From: Azolla caroliniana
Lineage: Eukaryota; Plantae; Polypodiophyta
Direction of reading: 5' to 3'
Length of the DNA: 64,000 bases
NCBI GenBank assembly: GCA_043228905.1
Contig: JBHGNT010000008.1
Location: 5,828,001-5,892,000, forward strand
This document shows, piece after piece, positions 60,067 through 64,000 of this stretch. The translations under genes were made by a program, and so were the position numbers. The notes under the pieces were generated by a model, which was not told where the DNA came from, made no database searches, and saw nothing but the letters and a program-made list of their open reading frames with translations. Numbering within the stretch: the stretch's first letter is position 1; each line of letters starts with the position of its first letter.

Positions 60067-63000
60067 ATGTCTAACCAACCCCATTTGGAAGGATCCAGAA
60101 GCTTCCGGTGTCCGAAGTGTGATGCTTGCATTGAAGAGCCTCGATCCAATGTCTATCAATGCCCAGTTTGTTCATCTTTTCATCTAAGTCAGTGTTTCTC
60201 TTAATATATACACATACGCATACACATACACATACACATACACACATATTATACATACATACATATATAGATAGATATTGATATACATACCTACTTATTC
60301 ATGCCTTGTTATTATTTTTCCTTGTATGCATAGTACCATTTCAATTTTTGATGCCATCTAGCAGCGATTAGTTTCTCATTATCATTCATTGATTTGAATA
60401 TGCTGCTCATATCATTTCCTTTCCGAGGTGAATGGGTATTTGTAACTTGAATATACTGTTAACATTTCATTTCCAATGTGTATGTGTTTGTGGACAAAGA
60501 TTAGCCTACCATTGCTTCCCTGATAGGATATATTTTACTTGGATTTTCATTTCAACTGTAGATGTATAGGACTGCAAATCTTGGTTGACCAAATGTTCCT
60601 AATACCATTCATTTGCTTGGATATCCTACTCCATTTCATTTCTAATGTGTATGTTTATGCTTTTGTTATGTGTCTAGACATATCTTGATGATTCTTGTTA
60701 TATGTGTGTAGATTGTATGTAACTGAATGTTTTGGTGGGACAGTTTCTCTGATATCATTGGTTTACTCTGACAGCTGGTAAAGGAGGGTCAGGACATTCA
60801 AGGAACTTCAGTTCCTTCACTGGTTCTAGCGATGGGAACATGATAAAGAATCAAGAAGACTCCTTCAATGGAAGAGAGGAAAGCTTCAGTGGCCACTCAA
60901 TTCCTGAGAAAGCAAGGCTCATCACTGAACCATCCATCCCCAAAGAGGTACCAAACGGAGCTTCTTCATTTACTTTTTCTGATTCCGGTGTTTTTTCCCC
61001 TATTCGGTCTTCCGAAAATGGCAGTTCTGGGCATGGACCGGTACCTTCTATGGATAAGGGTTCAAATCCGGTTCATCACAATCCTAGGTCTTTAGGTGGC
61101 CTTAGTAAACTAAGTCGAGCAAGGGTTATTCGTTATGACCGGGAAAATTCGATTGCGGATCTGTATGGAGATGATAACAGTGATCATGAAGGTTATGAGA
61201 TGGACCATCAAGAAGAGCATTCGCCACCAGATGGTTGGAGTTGTAATGATGTAAACCTAATATCTAAACAAGATTTTCATTCTAGAATTGTACAAAGAAA
61301 CACTGTAAATCAACCAGAACATGGAAACAAGAATATTAGGATTGATTCTCTAACAGTGGAGCCAGATGAGGATTTTTATATGCATGATGGATTATATGGG
61401 AATCCACCGAAGAAGGATGTGGAAGGATTGTCTTCTTCCAGCGTGATGACTCCTTCCGAATATGTCTTAGAAAGAGGTGAAACCCCACGGAAGGCTGAGA
61501 TGCAAAGAGTAAATGATTCACCGGGAAAAGCTGCATTAGTATGGAGAGGAAGAGAAGGGAGTAGTGATTCACAAGGCCCGGGACGCGACAGTATAGAGCA
61601 ACAAAGTGACTATAATAGAACTCCAAAATCTCGCCGAACTCGAACCCTGAGCACTGAAATCAAGCGCACCACAGAAGGAGGGGATACTCAAGCTAGTAGC
61701 TTGGGTAGTAAACCTGAAGAGATTTCAGTAGTGGGGCAAAGTAGTGAGATTAGCTACCATATTCAACTTCCTTACCAAATTCTTATACCAGCGACAGTCA
61801 TTTCGTCCACCCACCATGTGGAACAGAGCACGGGCCCAATTCGTAAAGCACATGTCTCCGATCTAAAGGATCCGAAACTCTCTCCGAGTTCAAGTACACA
61901 CGAGTCATCCGTATGTATCACGCCTCAATCACAAGCCTGTTCTACACCGGTTATTGCAGACATTGATGCGGATGGCCAATCGAAGCAGCGCGGAGCCGCA
62001 AAACCATCTGAACCATCCCTCAAGATGCCCAAAAGTTATCCACCTTTACCTTGTAAGGGTGGCCCCCCTTACATTATGTGTAAACATTGCTACGAGGTTC
62101 TCCGAGTACCCTTATACCTTCCTCCAAATGCAGGGCTCAGACAGCAGTTACAATGTGGTGCGTGCCAGAAAGTGTCCAAATTCTATGTTCCGATTCAAGT
62201 CATCAACGTAACTTCCAAGAATGGACACTCTAGCCATGATTATCTATTTAGCATGTCATTCAGAAGTGGCAAGTCCATCCATGGTCTACATCACGACGAC
62301 CTATTCAACTCATCTTTCAAGAGTGCCAAGAGTACTGATTCTGCAGCTCATGGGGATCTATACAAATATAGCCCCCAAAGGTTCTTTGAGCATATTGAAC
62401 CTGAACAAGATGACTTCTCGGACGACTCTTCTTCGGGTTCACAAAGGTCCCATCATGAATCTTACAATAAAGATAACAAGGAAATGGCATCCCAACCCAT
62501 GGAATTACGCCAACGTTCGATAGCTCCGGGTGCCCCACTCATCGATCACTTAACTCGTAGTCTCCGAGATTTGAGTCCTCGCTCGTATAAGAGATTATTA
62601 CTCCAAACTTCTATGAGTAAGTCAACTCATCTGGAGGATCATGGTATATCAGTGGATGCCATAACGAAAGAGCCAGAGTATACCACCACAACTAGATCAA
62701 CATCAAATGCGAGCTCTTTGTATCATCATATCGATAATCCGGGACAAGGTAATAGAAGCAAAATGTCAATAACATCATCGACTGAAGACGCAAGTAAAGG
62801 AGGAACAAGCTCTTATGGTGGGTTGATGAAGGCTCTTAAAGATCTCCGAGGGGGAAATAGTAAAGTCATAGTCAATGGCCACACATTAAAGAAAGAGATG
62901 ATCGAGCTGGCTCAGCAAAAAGCTGGAATCATACATCCTGGAACTTACTGGTTAGTCTTTTCTACAAATTCGTTTTTTCTTGTTTTGTCTGTCCAAATGT

Positions 63001-63846
63001 GGCGATGTAAGCTGTTTCCGATAAATCCGCATGAAAATGTTACAAAATAATAAGATGATGTGGTTAATGAATGTTGCCCAAACCCTAAACTCGAAATATA
63101 AATCCTACATATCCTATACCTTAGAAACACTTTACCTTTTACTCTTTACCCTTCACTGGATGCCTTTTACCTTATATCTTAATACCTAATACCCTAATAC
63201 CCTAATACCCTTATACCTTATATCGTATACCTTATACCTTATACCTTATACCTAATACCTTATGCCTTTTGCCCTATAGTCTATACCCTATACCCCTGTA
63301 CCCTGAATCCTAAACCGTAAACTATCAGTTCTCAATCCTAACCTTATAATCATCTTGAACTAACTATCCACTGCAGTTTGCAAGCGTTGTCCATGAATTG
63401 GGGTTAAATGAGGCCACTCCATCCTTACCCATGAATGATGTGATAATATGCTTTTGATGTAGGTATGATTATAAAGCTGGTTTTTGGGGTGTTATGGGTG
63501 GACCATGTCAAGGCATAGTTATGGTGAGTCTCGATGGTTTAACCTATAGATGTTAGGTTTTTCTTTTCCACAGAAGTTTGCATAGAACATTGGTCCTTGA
63601 ACTTAATATTCTCGCATGGCAGCCATCCATTGAGGAATTCAATTTTCCCCTTGCTCGAGATTGTTCGGGTGGGAAAACAGGAATTTGCGTGAATGGTCGC
63701 GAGCTTCACGAGAAGGACTTGGAGGTTCTTTCTAGACGAGGGCTGCCAAGAACATATGGAAAGGCATATGATGTTGACATATTTGGAAATGTGACAGATA
63801 CAAACACTGGTCAACCTTTGAAAACCTTAAGGATCTTAGCTCCATC
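60067..63846 (+). CDS. host gene: EDR4-like zinc-ribbon protein with XLG-related C-terminal domain; continues beyond the window
   Basis: Phase-compatible exons 60067-60187 (RCPKC...YQCPVC), 60775-62950 (GGPPYIMCKHCYEVL...LQCGACQKV; VIVNGH...AGIIHPGTYW), 63463-63523 (YDYKAGFWGVMGGPCQGIV), 63623-63846 (PSIEEFNFP...VNGRELHEKDL...RGLP). Confidence 0.88.
63165..63345. repeat. intronic heptamer repeat (ATACCTT/ATACCCT)
   Basis: TACCTTA and TACCCTA tandem units. Confidence 0.8.
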
Positions 63847-64000
63847 GTAAGCACATTTCATGATTCTCTAAATTGGTTTCTTTAATTGGTTTACTGCATT
63901 TACATGGTCATCCATACATTTTATGCGACTCTCTAGTCCCGTTGTTTATTGGCTTTATATACTTAATGCATACTTTTTCATGATTCCATGCCTTTGTTTG

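Overview
Repeat-dense land-plant DNA, probably from a non-seed plant (inferred from the transposon lineages). Bases 1-35.4 kb are one decayed Ty3/gypsy element (gag-PR-RT-RH-IN plus a long extra 3' ORF, + strand) carrying nested insertions: a copia (596-5564); a deleted relative of itself bounded by INVERTED LTR copies (7018-11656); an LTR ending in a PBS stub (13834-14189); and a second copia (16676-33751) that contains an 11.15-kb Sola2-like DNA transposon (19780-30930). The transposon has 25-bp TIRs, a TATA TSD, two cargo ORFs (RING-H2 and FCP1-like) and introns filled with a palindromic minisatellite. Downstream are a second gypsy lineage, an apparently intact and very young copia (40072-45523) inside a vicilin/cupin pseudogene, decayed copia, SINE and LINE pieces, and one host gene (EDR4/XLG-related zinc-ribbon protein, 60067 to beyond the window end). 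The most unusual observation: both 3' LTRs of the large gypsy family lack a polypurine tract and are preceded instead by a bipartite copy of a tRNA 3' end (an inverted primer-binding site). This suggests tRNA-primed plus-strand synthesis and could also explain the inverted-LTR copy. All alignments were done by eye; no database searches were run.
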